A DNA stretch of 63,399 nt, filler included, from Psammoneis japonica (taxonomy: Eukaryota), in assembly GCA_008632985.1 (NCBI GenBank). It is 4 parts of 4 records of this genome, joined end to end, with 100 filler letters (N's around TTAATTAATTAA, not from the genome) between each part and the next. Parts side by side here need not be neighbours in the genome. Positions count along the whole stretch, not along the records: positions 47,413 to 51,532 come from QPGO01000399.1; positions 51,633 to 63,399 come from QPGO01000414.1; 2 more parts are not named here. The stretch is one strand, 5' to 3'. How positions within the stretch are numbered: the first letter of the stretch is position 1; every line of letters starts with the position of its first letter. The notes beneath the pieces are model-generated. The model made no database searches. It saw only the letters and a list, made by a program, of their open reading frames with translations, and was not told where the DNA came from. Position numbers and translations under genes: made by a program. This document shows positions 49,820 through 62,893 of this stretch, one piece after another.

Positions 49820-51532
49820 AACTCAAACAATCTTGAAAATCGATTGACGCAAAAACCCTTGGCAGGGAAAAGCCGCCAATCCTCTGTGCATGGTGCAAAC
49901 CCTCACCAGGGAAGAAACTCACCACCGCTCCACGCATCCATCTCAATGCGCGAACTTGTCCAACAGAAAATTCTGCCTGACAGATGACATGACCTTCGTG
50001 AAAGATCGCCAAGGTTTGTCTCTGTTCCCTCCTTTGCAATCCCAACAGTCCCCGCAGCAACAGCTTTGCGGCTACGGTGACACACAATGGAGCGATGCTT
50101 CTTCTTGAGTGTAGACTCAGGAACAGAGCAAATCTTGTGGACGGCCTCATTGTCACAGAAGACATTTGTTGGCCCCTTTGATCAGCACTCCAAACATTCG
50201 AAGCTTGCACCGCAGGCCCTCTGTGAGCTCGATGGCACTCTTGAGTGCAACAATCCCAGCCCCAAATGTGCCAGCCTCCACAGTGTTCTGACGCTTCGAG
50301 TGCCACACGATGGGTGCCCGGTTGACAAACATCAAGACACCTGCATGGCTGCGAGGATCGGCAACATTTCCGGCATGGCTGGCATCCACAAAACAATGTG
50401 TCGACACCACATTGCCTTGAGCTGGCGGTGCATTTGTCGGAATGGCTTCTCTTGCATCTCGGCAGAAGTCGCGCCAGTCGTGCTTCACGAATCGCGATTC
50501 ATTGATCTTGGGATGAGCCGGATCAAATGCCACTTGGCACTTTGGAACCTGTTTGAGGTGTGCAAAGACATGCAGCACCTGTTCCAGATGACCAATGCAA
50601 GGAAGAGCGAGGTGAGCAGACATTGACAAACCTCCAAATGGATGTCCACTCTGCAAGTTCCACAGCCCAAACCAGTGCGCCAATCAGCTCTTGACAGCAG
50701 TGAAGTCCTTCAGCGTCCAACTCGCCAGCAGTGTCTAACTCGGGTTTGTGTCCACTGCTCAATGGGGTTGTCGCCTTGCTGGGCAGACATTTCCCCTCCT
50801 TGCCAAGCCTGTCCTCTACATTTTGGACAGCGGACTTGCAGTGCTTCTCCGCAGACATTGCCCAACAGGTGGTCCCATCAGCTGAAGTCATCTTGGAAAG
50901 CGCAGCACCAAGATGAGAATCCGGCTCGGCTGCCTTGTCACCCTTGAGCTTGAACTTGGACCTGATGCCATCCATCGTCTTCATGGGTTCATGACTGATT
51001 GACAGCACGTCGGCCACATGAACTAGAACGCATTTGCAATGCTCGAATCCGTCGGGTTTCACCGCAGGTCTCATCCACACATCCGGATCAGCCTTGCTCA
51101 GTTTGCACCCCAGATCATAAAGCGTCTCCACCAGGAATGCCCTGAACGCTGCTCCAGAGCTCTTCAATCTGTGTGGAGCCCTGACCACAATCATGATGCA
51201 ACCTTCATCCTCGCCAAACTCGGAGCCGGCTCTGGTCCAAATCTTCTCCCTGCAAGGGGCAGCAAGGCAGGCGTTCTGGACATCACATGCAAAGACTTGT
51301 AAGTCATTGAGCGCAGCAAGCGTCAGTGCAATCCTCGCCGAATCCTGAGAGACAACAGAGAAGCAAGTGATGTGTGCGGGGGCATCAGTGGTGTGGCCTC
51401 CAGCCACCATGCGAGCTTTGCAGCGGAAGTTTTTCTCCCAACTTGATGTCAAAAATCACACGACACTTCACTTCCTGGAAACCAGGCGCGCATGTCCTCA
51501 AGCTCCCCTTCACACTTGTCAAAAGCCACCCG
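49820..51532 (-). mobile_element. Copia RT/RNase H fragment, degenerate
   Basis: KARMVAGGH, ITCFSVVS, DVQNACL, HVADVL, FVDASHAGN..RSHAG, WHSKRQNTVE. Confidence 0.9.
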
Positions 51533-51632
51533 NNNNNNNNNNNNNNNNNNNNNNNNNNNNNNNNNNNNNNNNNNNNTTAATTAATTAANNNNNNNNNNNN
51601 NNNNNNNNNNNNNNNNNNNNNNNNNNNNNNNN
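51533..51632. other. Artificial contig linker
   Basis: N...TTAATTAATTAA...N. Confidence 0.95.
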
Positions 51633-53097
51633 GTCCACCCCATGCAGCCCCTGGCAGAACCTGGCCGAGGCATCCATTTGTGAGTTGAAGAAAAGAGTCC
51701 ATGTGACTCTGCGCCGGACTGGCGCTCACAGATGACTTTGGTCCCACAGCGCCAAATGGGCATGTGACATCCGACGCATGATTGCGGCCAGTGTGTCAGA
51801 CGTGGGAGGACGAGTCCCAGAAGAGGAGGTGACAGGTTCAACACCCGACATCTCTTCCCTCTCTCTCTTTGATTGGCTTCAACCTGTGCATTGCTGCGTG
51901 CCTGTGGTGGAGTTCCCACACGAAAAGAAGTGCATTGGCCATTGGCTTGGCGCAGCTGACAACTGCACTGACGAAATGGCATTCATTGTTTTGCCCGAAT
52001 CAGGCAAACCCATCATTCGGAAGGATGTGTGGGCCATGCCGGAGGATGACCTTAAAACTCCGGTGATCCAGATGGATCTTGCATCGGCCGATCAAGCTTT
52101 GATCAAACGGCTCAGCACCCCAGAAAAGGACGCCAGTGCTGACTTCCCTGAACTCCCTGACGACTTCATGGACAAATGGGACGATGCCGTTAAACCTGTG
52201 GAACCCGACGCTTCCAAACCGGAAGCTGATGAGCACACCCTGGAAGGGCTGGATGAGTGTCTCACAGCTCAAGTCATGTCACCACGAGGAGGCGAGCTGA
52301 CTCATGATGGGGTCATTGCACACAAGTGAGATGGTGGCGGGGTTCCTGTTGGCACTGGGAACGACTTGAGGACATGCGACGTGGAATTCCCTGACGGATC
52401 CACTGACCCCCATGCTGCTGACACAGCTGCAGAGAACCCATTCACTCAGATCGACTCTGAAGGGAATGCCCGCCAGATCATGAAGGAAACAGTCGATCAC
52501 TGACGTGATGCCCGTTGCAGTGTGCATGCAGACAAAAGGTTGTTTTTGTCACGACCTTTGTGACATTTAAATTGCAACACGTCGCCATGATGCATTGGCT
52601 CTTGTCAGCCGCTGCACACTGCACTCCTCCCCATGTGTCGTGCATCCACGCGGCTCTTTGCTGACATGCACTGACACTGCGCGGTTTTGGTGGAACAGTG
52701 TGGGTGCGTGCGAAGGAACACACAGAACTGCACAGAGTTTCGTGCGTTCGACAGTGATCAACGTTGCTGCAGACAAATCCCACTCAGGGTTTCGAACCCC
52801 TGGCCTCCTGCCCAACGGTTGCGATGAACCACTCCGCCAAAAATTCATGATGCAGCATGCATGCAGACAAAAGGTTGTTTTTGTCACGACCTTTGTGACA
52901 TTTAAATTGCAGCACGTTGCCGTGATGCATCAACTCTCATTGGCAGCTGTGCATTGCACCGTGCTGCAACGGCCAATGACGGGTGCACAACGACCAAGAC
53001 TGGCAGGCGTGCTCCTGGGAGGACGACTGCAGGCTGGGACCTGCAAGTCGAAAGGAAGGATGGGACTGCATCCTGGGTTCCTCTCAAGGATTTGAAG
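51633..53097 (+). mobile_element. Copia integrase-to-RT linker fragment, interrupted
   Basis: VTGSTPDIS..FDW, GHWLG, VEFPDG, IDSEG, GWDLQVERKDGTASWVPLKDLK. Confidence 0.8.
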
Positions 53098-56000
53098 TCA
53101 AAGAAAACAAACATGTCTTTTCAAGGAAAACAAAAATGTCTTTTCAAGGAAAACAAACATGTCGTTTCAAGGAAAACAAACATGTCTTTTCAGAGAAAAC
53201 AAACGAAAGGAAGGATGGGACTGCATCCTGGGTTCCTCTCAAGGATTTGAAGTCAAAGAAAACAAACATGTCTTTTCAAGGAAAACAAACGTGTCATTTC
53301 AAGGAAAACAAATGTGCGGTTTCAAGGAAAACAAACACATGGTTTCAAGGAAAACAAACATGTCTTTTCAAGGAAAACAAACGTGTTGTTTCAAGGAAAA
53401 CAAATGTGTGTTTTCAAGGAAAACAAACACGTGGTTTCCAGGAAAGCAAACACGTTGTTTCATGGAAAACAAGCATGTCTTTTCAAAGAAAACAAACATG
53501 TTTTTTCAAGGAAAACAAACGTGTCTTTTCAAGGAAAACAAATGTGTCGTTTCAAGGAAAACAAACATGTCTTTTCAAGGAAAACAAACATGTTTTTTCA
53601 AGGAAAACAAACATGTCTTTTCAAGGAAAACAAATGTGTTGTTTCAGGGAAAACAAACATGTGGTTTCAGAGAAAACAAACATGTCTTTTCAAGGAAAAC
53701 AAACATGTCGTTTCAAGAAAAACAAACATGTCGTTTCAAAGAAAACAAACATGTCTTTTCAAGGAAAACAAACGTGTCTTTTCAAGGAAAACAAACGTGT
53801 CGTTTCAGGGAAAACAAACATGTCGTTTGCAGACAAACATGTTGTTTCAAAGAAAACAAACACATCTTTTCAATGAAAACAAACGTGTCGTTTCAAGAAA
53901 AACAAACGTGTCGTTTCAAGGAATGCCAACACATCTTTTCAGAGAAAACCAAGGTGTCATTTCAAGAAAAACAAACATGTGGTTTCAAGGAAAACAAACA
54001 TGTCTTTTCAAAGAAAACAAACATGTCTTTTCAAGGAAAACAAAAATGTCTTTTCAAGGAAAACAAACATGTCGTTTCAAGGAAAACAAACACGTCTTTT
54101 CAGAGAAAACAAACGTGTCATTTCAAGAAAAAAAAACATGTCTTTTCAAGGAAAACAAACACGTTGTTTCAAGGAAAACAAACATGTGGTTTCAAGGAAA
54201 ACAAACATGTGGTTTCAAAGAAAACAAACATGTCTTTTCAAGGAAAACAAGCATGTCTTTGCAAGGAAAACAAACATGTCTTGAAAACAAACATGTCTTT
54301 TCAAGGAAAACAAACATGTCATTTCAAGGAAAACAAACATGTTGCTTCAAGGGAAAAAATGTCTTTTCAAGGAAAACAAACATGTCTTTTCAAGGAAAAC
54401 AAACATGTTGTTTCAAGGAAAACAAAAGTGTCATTTCAGGGAAAACACACATGTGGTTTCAAGGAAAACAAACGTGTCTTTTCAGGGAAAACAAACATGT
54501 CTTTCAAGAAAACAAACATGTGTTTCAAAGAAAACAAACATGTCTTTTCAAGGAAAGCAAACATGTCATTTCAAGGAAAACAACCATGTCGTTTCAAGGA
54601 AAACAAACATGTGTTTTCAAGAAAAACAAACACGTGATTTCAAGGAAAACAAACATGTTGTTTCACGGAAAACAAGCATGTCTTTTCAATGAAAACGAGC
54701 ATGTCTTTTCAAGAAAAACAAACGTGTCCTTTCAAGGAAAACAAACGTGTCATTTCAAGGAAAACAAACATGTGGTTTCAAGGAAAACAAACATGTGGTT
54801 TCAAGGAAAACAAACATGTCATTTCAGGGAAAAAAAACACGTCATTTCACGGAAAACAAGCGTGTCTTTTCAAAGAAAACAAACACCTTGTTTCAAAGAA
54901 AACAGACATGTTGTTTCAAAGTCACCTCAACAAACATGTCGTTTCAAAGAAAACAAACATGTCTTTTCAAAAAAAACAAACATGTCGTTTCAAGGAAAAC
55001 AAACATGTCTTTTCAAGGAAAACAAATGTGACATTTCAAGGAAAACAAACATGTTTTTTCAAAGAAACAAATCATGTCTTTTCAAGGAAAACAAACGTGT
55101 CATTTCAAGGAAAACAAACATGTCTTTTTAAGGAAAACAAACGCGTTTTTTCAAAGAAAACAAACATGTCTTTTCAAGGAAAACAAATGTGTTGTTTCAG
55201 GGAAAACAAACATGTGGTTTCAGAGAAAACAAACATGTCTTTTCAAGGAAAACAAACATGTTGTTTCAAGAAAAACAAATGTGTCGTTTCAAAGAAAACA
55301 AACATGTCTTTCAAGGAAAACAAACGTGTCTTTTCAAGGAAAACAAACATGTCGTTTCAGGGAAAACAAACATGTCGTTTAAAGACAAACATGTTGTTTC
55401 AAAGAAAACAAACACATCTTTTCAAGGAAAACATGCGTGTCGTTTCAAGAAAAACACGACACCCCTCGCCAGTTTGACCCCAACAGCGCACACTCTGTTG
55501 TTTTCCCTGACTTGAAAATCAGGGTGCTTTTGTGCGCGCAAGGTGAGTTGAGTGCCAGAGCGGGACTTGGGCCTGTCTGCAGAGAAGACTTCAATGTCAA
55601 GGTCAAACAAACATGTCTTGAAGACAAACATGTCTTTTCAAGGAAAACAAACATGTCATTTCAAGGAAAACAAACCTGTCGCTTCAAGGGAAAAAAATGT
55701 CTTTTCAAGGAAAACAAATGCGGCGTTTCAAGGAAAACAAACATGTGGTTTCAATGAAAACAACCATGTCTTTTCTGGGAAAACAAGTGTGTCGTTTCAA
55801 GGAAAACAAACACGTCTTTTCAAGGAAAACAAACATTTCGTTTCAAGGAAAACAAACATGTCTTTTCAAGGAAAACAAACATGTGTTTTCAAGAAAAACA
55901 AACACGCTGTTTCAGGGAAAACAAACATGTCATTTCAAGGAAAACAAACGTGTTGTTTCAAGGAAAACAAGCGTGTCTTTTCAAGGAAAACAAGCGTGCC

Positions 56001-57330
56001 ATGCCCACCATCACATCGGCGCTGCAACACCAACAGAGCCACATCAGGAAAACAAACATGTCATTTCAGGGAAAAAAAACACGTCATTTCACGGAAAACA
56101 AGCGTGTCTTTTCAAAGAAAACAAACACCTTGTTTCAAAGAAAACAGACATGTTGTTTCAAAGTCACCTCAACAAACATGTCGTTTCAAAGAAAACAAAC
56201 ATGTCTTTTCAAAAAAAACAAACATGTCGTTTCAAGGAAAACAAACATGTCTTTTCAAGGAAAACAAATGTGACATTTCAAGGAAAACAAACATGTTTTT
56301 TCAAGGAAACAAATCATGTCTTTTCAAGGAAAACAAACATGTCATTTCAAGGAAAACAAACATGTCTTTTCAAGGAAAACAAACATGTCTTTTCAGAGAA
56401 AACAAGCACGTCGTTTCAAGGAAAACAAATGCATCGTTTCAAGGAAAACAAACATGTCTTTTCAGAGAAAACAAACATGTCTTTTCAAGAAAAACAAACA
56501 TGTTCAAATGTGGGTGCAGCTGAAGCACAAAACAACTCATCTTGTGTGGCCCACAAACTCTTGGCGGTGGTGGGTTTTGACCGCCAGACATCAAACAAGG
56601 AGTTGCTCAATTGTGGGCGCTGCTCAAGCATTCCAGAGGCACCACACACCTTCATCTGGGAGAGGGTCAACCCCACAAATTGCTGCACATTGCAGTCTCA
56701 TGGATCCAACTGCACTTGGGGACAGGCGCAAGCTTCTTGCGGGGCACAGATGCTGTTCTCCTGCACATGCAATCCTGTTGGTTTGCTTCTGTCAGTGCGC
56801 TCTTGCGCAGAATTCAAGGCACACTCATGTTGTTTCAAGAAAAACAAACACGTCATTTCAAAAAAAATGTCATGGGAAAACAAGCGTGTCTTTTGAAGGA
56901 AAACAAACGCGTCGTTTCAAAAAAAACAAACATGTTGCTTCAAAGTCATCTCAACAAACATGTCGTTTCAAGGAAAACAAACATGTCTTTTCAAGGAAAA
57001 CAAACGTGTGTTTTCAAGGAAAACAAACATGTGGTTTCAAGGAAAACAAACACGTGGTTTCAAGGAGAACAAACATGTCGTTTCAAGGAAAACAAGCGTG
57101 TCTTTTCAAGGAAAACAATTGCATCTTTTCAAGGAAAACAAACGTGTCGTTTCAGGGAAAACAAACATGTGGTTTCAAGGAAAACAAACATGTCTTTTCA
57201 AGGAAAACAAACATGTGTTTTCAAGAAAAACAAACACGCTGTTTCAGGGAAAACAAACATGTCGTTTCAAGGAAAACAAACGTGTTGTTTCAAGGAAAAC
57301 AAGCGTGTCTTTTCAAGGAAAACAAGCGTG
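53098..57330 (+). repeat. 23-bp tandem satellite (aaggaaaacaaacatgtcttttc), interrupted by TE fragments; more units at 62180-62237
   Basis: 23-nt spacing (e.g. tcaagg at 53345, 53368, 53391); higher-order duplication of ~54805-55110 at ~56046-56350. Confidence 0.95.
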
Positions 57331-57639
57331 CCATGCCCACCATCACATCGGCGCTGCAACACCAACAGAGCCACATTGATGTTGTTGCATTCGCCGCTGT
57401 GGCAGAACCGCCATGGTGGGTGATGCCTTCCATTGTCCAATTCATTTTTGGCTCCATTCATGTGCTTGCTGTCGATGCTGCTGCTTCTGCTGCTGCAATT
57501 TGACCACGTTCATGCCGTTGCTGTTGTCGCCGCTGTTTGAGACATTGCAGCTGTGAATGTGCTTTGAATTGCAGAAGGGGGGGCGCGGAAGAGATGCAGG
57601 TGAGCTTGTTCTCAGCATCAAAGCAAGTTGCGTTGCTGT

Positions 57640-60600
57640 CTCTTCCCTTGTCATTTGTTGCTCAACACCCAAACCTCTGCACGCGCACTGGCTCATGTTC
57701 TTTTCTTGCGTCAGAGTTCATTGAGATTGCCGCTGAAGTTGCGCGAGAGAGTCAGAAACACCGTGAAGAAGAAAGAGATGCTTGGATTGCAGAACTCGAG
57801 CCAGAATGCACGAAACAGTCGAAGGCGAAAGCCCGAATGCTGTGAAACCAATGCTGCGCCGAAGAAACCAAGTGAGTCTTTCAGAAAATCAACGCGTGCA
57901 AAAAGTCAGAAGACTCCAGCGTACGAACTGTTCAAATTCCAGCAGATCCTCGAGATGATCCAAAGACATGTGAGAATTGGACGACGACAGACACTCCAGA
58001 CGACGTCGAATCTGCACTTCAGCACCGCAATCAACGCCATTTCGGGCAGGCACACGGAACTCCTCCCACGGTTCCTGTCTTGTCAGTGGATCTCGGATGT
58101 GAAGGAGATGCCATCATGGCTGACCTGATCTCAGACAGTGAGTGCAAAACGGAACAACTGAGCCGGGCTGCATCATTGCTGATCCAGCATCTCCGACGAC
58201 GCACACCCCCAGCAGTTCCTGGCGCCCTTTCTCCTGAAGCCCTGCAGTCAAAGATTGCATTGTGGTCTGAATCTACCTCTGCATCATTGAAATCGGGGAT
58301 TAATTTGGGGCACTGGAAAGCTGTGCATGCTCCTCATTCTCATGCATCTGATTACGATGACGACGGGAATCCATCCAAGCGGAAAGAACTGCTGGATTTG
58401 GCTCAACAGACTCTTGTGCCAGTGCGGCTCAACTTGATCAATTGCACTCTGAAGTGGGGCTGCTCGCACGAACAGTGGAAAGACATTGTGAATGTGATGA
58501 TTTTCAAAGAACCAGGCAACAACAAGATTCACAGATTGCGAGTGATTCATGTTTACGAGGCAGATTTCCAATTGATTGCAAGCGTCAAGTGGCAAGAGTT
58601 GGCTCAACATGTGGAGCACCATCGCATGTGCAACCCAGGGATCTACGGATGCAGATCATTCCTCTCCGCTCAAACACCAGTGTTTCTTGAAAATCCAATG
58701 ATGGAGATTTCACGCGCATCCAGGAAGACTTCGCCAACCAGCGACGATGATTGCACTTCTTGCCATGACAGGAACATTCCAGCAATTGTCAGATTGTGTG
58801 CGAAGAGCAATGGCATGCACGAAAGAGCAGTCAAAGTCAACATGGCGACTTTGCATCATGCGCGCCACTGGTTGCGCACTCTTCTGGGACTTGCCCAACG
58901 ACGTTGTTCTCATTCCTCTGAGTGTCCTTTGTGTGGAACAGGACAAGGCAGTGGAAATTCTCCCTGGCACTGGAACACTCTGTGCAGCAGACTCTTTGAT
59001 GTTTTCGACGCAGAAGCTGTCGGATCACATTTCGAAACCCCGGACGGACAGTTTTGCATTTGAGTTTTCAACCGAGGACATGTCGACAACACTTCCAAGC
59101 AAGTGAACGACTTTAGAGCCAGCCCTCAGCCTTCTGCTTTCGAGTTGTCTCAATCTCTACAATCGGACAACCAGTTGTGGTGTGATCCACTGGATGCAGC
59201 CGGGCACAAACCAGAATTGCCAAAATGTTCTTTCCATGCCATCGAGCGGGACTTCACGGAATGTGGCGAACCATGCATCCACCCCCATCAAAGTGGAAAT
59301 CTTTTCTGCAGATCGTTCTGCTTCCAGGCGCAGCACACAATTGTCTGCATGTGCGCCTCACAAAACCTTGGGACACTGCATGGCTCCGACAGGCACACAG
59401 AAGACTCAACTGAAGAAGTTGCTCCACAAGAGCGATGCAGTTTCCCCATTTCTCCAATCATGTCCTTTGGACAGAAGAGAAACATGGCGGCGCCATTGTG
59501 CTTGTCATTTGTCTTTGATGACATGCGTGCTGGCAAATTCAAACTTCCTCCCCAAAGAACTCCAACAGGTCCAACAGAAGGCCATGCGGACGATTTTTGC
59601 CAAATGCGGACACAACAGGAACACCAAACAAGCAATCTTGTGTGGACTGCAATCCCTCGTAGGAGGCGGGTTTCGATCACCAGACGTCAAGCAAGGAGTG
59701 GCCCAACTGCAACAATTGTTGAAGCACTCGAGAGGGGTCAAACACTTGCAGCTCGGGGAGGTCCAACCGCACAAGCTTCTTCACATCGCCGCAGTGTGGA
59801 TCCAACTGAACTTGGGAACTGGTGAGAGTTTCTTGTGGGACGTCGACACCGCATTGCCTCATGTGGAATCTAGATGGCTCGCATCTGTTGGGCTGTTTTT
59901 ACAGCAGATCAAAGGCCGGGTGTTTCTGCGCCACAACGGGGTCCTTCCACTTCAACGAGACAATGACCAGTGCTTGATGGATGCTGCTTTGCATTCCCAG
60001 TCCTTTGCCGCGCGAGAGATCTGGTGGCCAAACTGTTGCCGTCTGCACCTGAAAGTCTTGTCTGTTTCAGATGTTGCTCTGTCGGATGGAATGACGCTGG
60101 ATGGGTCAAAAGCACAAGGGGAACCGTCATTGCAGAGCAGTGTTGGTGCACTCAACAACATCGAGCAGTGCAAGCCATGCCAGCGAGCACGGAAAGTCTG
60201 GAAGAAATTTTGTTCAGCCCTGTGCCATCCGAAGTCACTGCGCTTGAAGGAACCCCCAGGAGATTGGCTTCTGCCACCATCCCAGATGAGAGTGCAGTCA
60301 ACTGCACGCTTTTCTCCATCCAAGGAACACTTGCATGTGCGCTCTCCAACCGGTTGTGACACATTTCAAGCAAACAGGACCATTGCTGATTCTGTCAGAG
60401 AGATGAAGACTGCACCACATCCTTCCGATTCTTCTTGTCCAGTTGAGGTGTCTGCCATCAAGGACGGACGATGGCATTTCGAGATCCCGCGCACTTCATC
60501 AACCGCTTTCCACTCTCCGACCACTCCAGATTCCTTTCTGTCGCATCTTCAGGGACTCGACAAGTGGGAATCTGTGCCATTTGAAGACTTGGTCTTTCAT

Positions 60601-61690
60601 GTTTCTCCACGAACAGTGGTTTGACACTTTCTTTCGTCTCATCTCACCGCAGGCAGTGATGGATCGGTCCAAGAAGGAGCCACCTTTGGGTGGACCATTG
60701 CCATGGATGGTGCACCACCAGTGGATTGTTGCAGGGCCAGTTTTTGGGAAGACTCCGTCCTCTCACCACGCAGAAGCTTGCGGCATTCCATCCATTGCAA
60801 GATTCATCTGCTGGCTGTGCAAATGCTGCCGCGTTGCCGTTCCTTTGGATGCAGTGATTCATTGCGATGACAAAGCACTGGTTGACTGTTTGTCTGAATT
60901 GACTCCCATCCTGCCGGTGAGTGATCTCGAGAACGACGCATGCGAACAACACGACTTTCACATTCGCTGCCATGGGGCCAACGCTGTCGCTCCGGATTGG
61001 GACATTTTGAATGAGATCCTCCACACCCAGCAAGCTTTGACGCAACTGTCGGATGCAGCCAATCTTGCTCTGCCTCCAGTGCGATGGGCAAAAGGACATC
61101 AAGACAGGCAATCTCCCATCCACTCATTGCCATCAAATGCCAGAGTTAACATCCGAGCGGACAAATTGGCAGGAGCTTGCCAAGGACATTGCCTGCACAA
61201 CACGAATCAGGTCAAGCACCTGCCACATTGCCACTTGCATCTGGAGATCAATGGGGGTGCAATCACGACGAATTGCAAGAAACAAATTCGGTGCGCTGCT
61301 GCTGCTCCTGAATTGATGCAACATGTTGTCGAACGGAACAAATGGGATCCTTCAGTGGTTGACCTTGTCGACTGGAATGCTCACGCAGTTCTGGTGAAAT
61401 GTCACTCACAACAGCATGTTGACACAGTCAAACTGGTCCATGACTTGCTGCCGACTGACAAGATTGCAAATCAACACAACCCAGTTCGACTGCACCAATG
61501 CATCACATGTGAGCATCCGATGGAAGACAGGGGCCACATGCTTTGGTGTCCAAACAACGAACAGTGGAGAAGGAAGTTCCTGCAGGGTCTTTGATGCTGC
61601 TGCAACAAGATCGACGCTGTGCCTGCTCTCCGAGACTTCCTCCTGGACATGCTTCAAGCCTGGTTTGATGACGAAATGACGTGCTTCGAC
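57640..61690 (+). mobile_element. Non-LTR retrotransposon (Ambal-like) RT and RNase H, degenerate
   Basis: SGINLGHWKA, VMIFKEPGNNKIHRLRVIHVYEADF, DCTSCHDR, GTGQGSGNSP; RNase H SDGS, AEACG, HCDDKAL, PDWDIL, WAKGHQD, NIRADKLA; stops and frameshifts. Confidence 0.85.
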
Positions 61691-62893
61691 AATGTGGACT
61701 GTCGATGCAAGGAACTTTGGTGAGCTCAATTGGATGTTGGTTGGAGACAGGTTTTCAACGGCAGATGCTCGCACATGTGGAATCTTTTGCAATCCGGACA
61801 CCTGCGCGATTCTGGCATTCTACGACAATGTCAGGAAGAAAACAAACAGCCACCAGATTGGACGGTTCAGATCGGGTCTTTCAATGTGTTTGTCTTCAAC
61901 ATCAAACAAACGGCCAAGTTTGTGGCACAATCATGCCTCTTGCCACTCAACGTTTTTGCAAATGCACCTGCCCTGCACGATTCTTAAGACATTGTAGAAT
62001 CGCGCTGTAACAAAAAATGTCAAAAGTTGTTGGATGGATTGCTCAACAAGTGCACCGTAAAATGACACAAAATGTCAAAAAAATCACGTAGAAATCTACG
62101 TGCGCGACATGCGACGTGATTCAAAAAACTGTCGATGTCACAGTTCAGCAGTGCGAGGTCCCACCTGGACCTGGAACGCGTCAAACATGTCGTTTAAAGA
62201 AAACAAACATGTTGTTTTCAAAGAAAACAAACGTGTCNNNNNNNNNNNNNNNNNNNNNNNNNNNNNNNNNNNNNNNNNNNNNNNNNNNNNNNNNNNNNNN
62301 NNNNNNNNNNNNNNNNNNNNNNNNNNNNNNNNNNNNNNNNNNNNNNNNNNNNNNNNNNNNNNNNNNNNNNNNNNNNNNNNNNNNNNNNNNNNNNNNNNNN
62401 NNNNNNNNNNNNNNNNNNNNNNNNNNNNNNNNNNNNNNNNNNNNNNNNNNNNNNNNNNNNNNNNNNNNNNNNNNNNNNNNNNNNNNNNNNNNNNNNNNNN
62501 NNNNNNNNNNNNNNNNNNNNNNNNNNNNNNNNNNNNNNNNNNNNNNNNNNNNNNNNNNNNNNNNNNNNNNNNNNNNNNNNNNNNNNNNNNNNNNNNNNNN
62601 NNNNNNNNNNNNNNNNNNNNNNNNNNNNNNNNNNNNNNNNNNNNNNNNNNNNNNNNNNNNNNNNNNNNNNNNNNNNNNNNNNNNNNNNNNNNNNNNNNNN
62701 NNNNNNNNNNNNNNNNNNNNNNNNNNNNNNNNNNNNNNNNNNNNNNNNNNNNNNNNNNNNNNNNNNNNNNNNNNNNNNNNNNNNNNNNNNNNNNNNNNNN
62801 NNNNNNNNNNNNNNNNNNNNNNNNNNNNNNNNNNNNNNNNNNNNNNNNNNNNNNNNNNNNNNNNNNNNNNNNNNNNNNNNNNNNNNNNNNNNN

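Noticed and set aside
53098..57330. CRISPR array or repetitive protein gene
   Set aside because: Units are head-to-tail with no unique spacers and no cas genes; long ORFs occur in all three frames because the monomer lacks stops.
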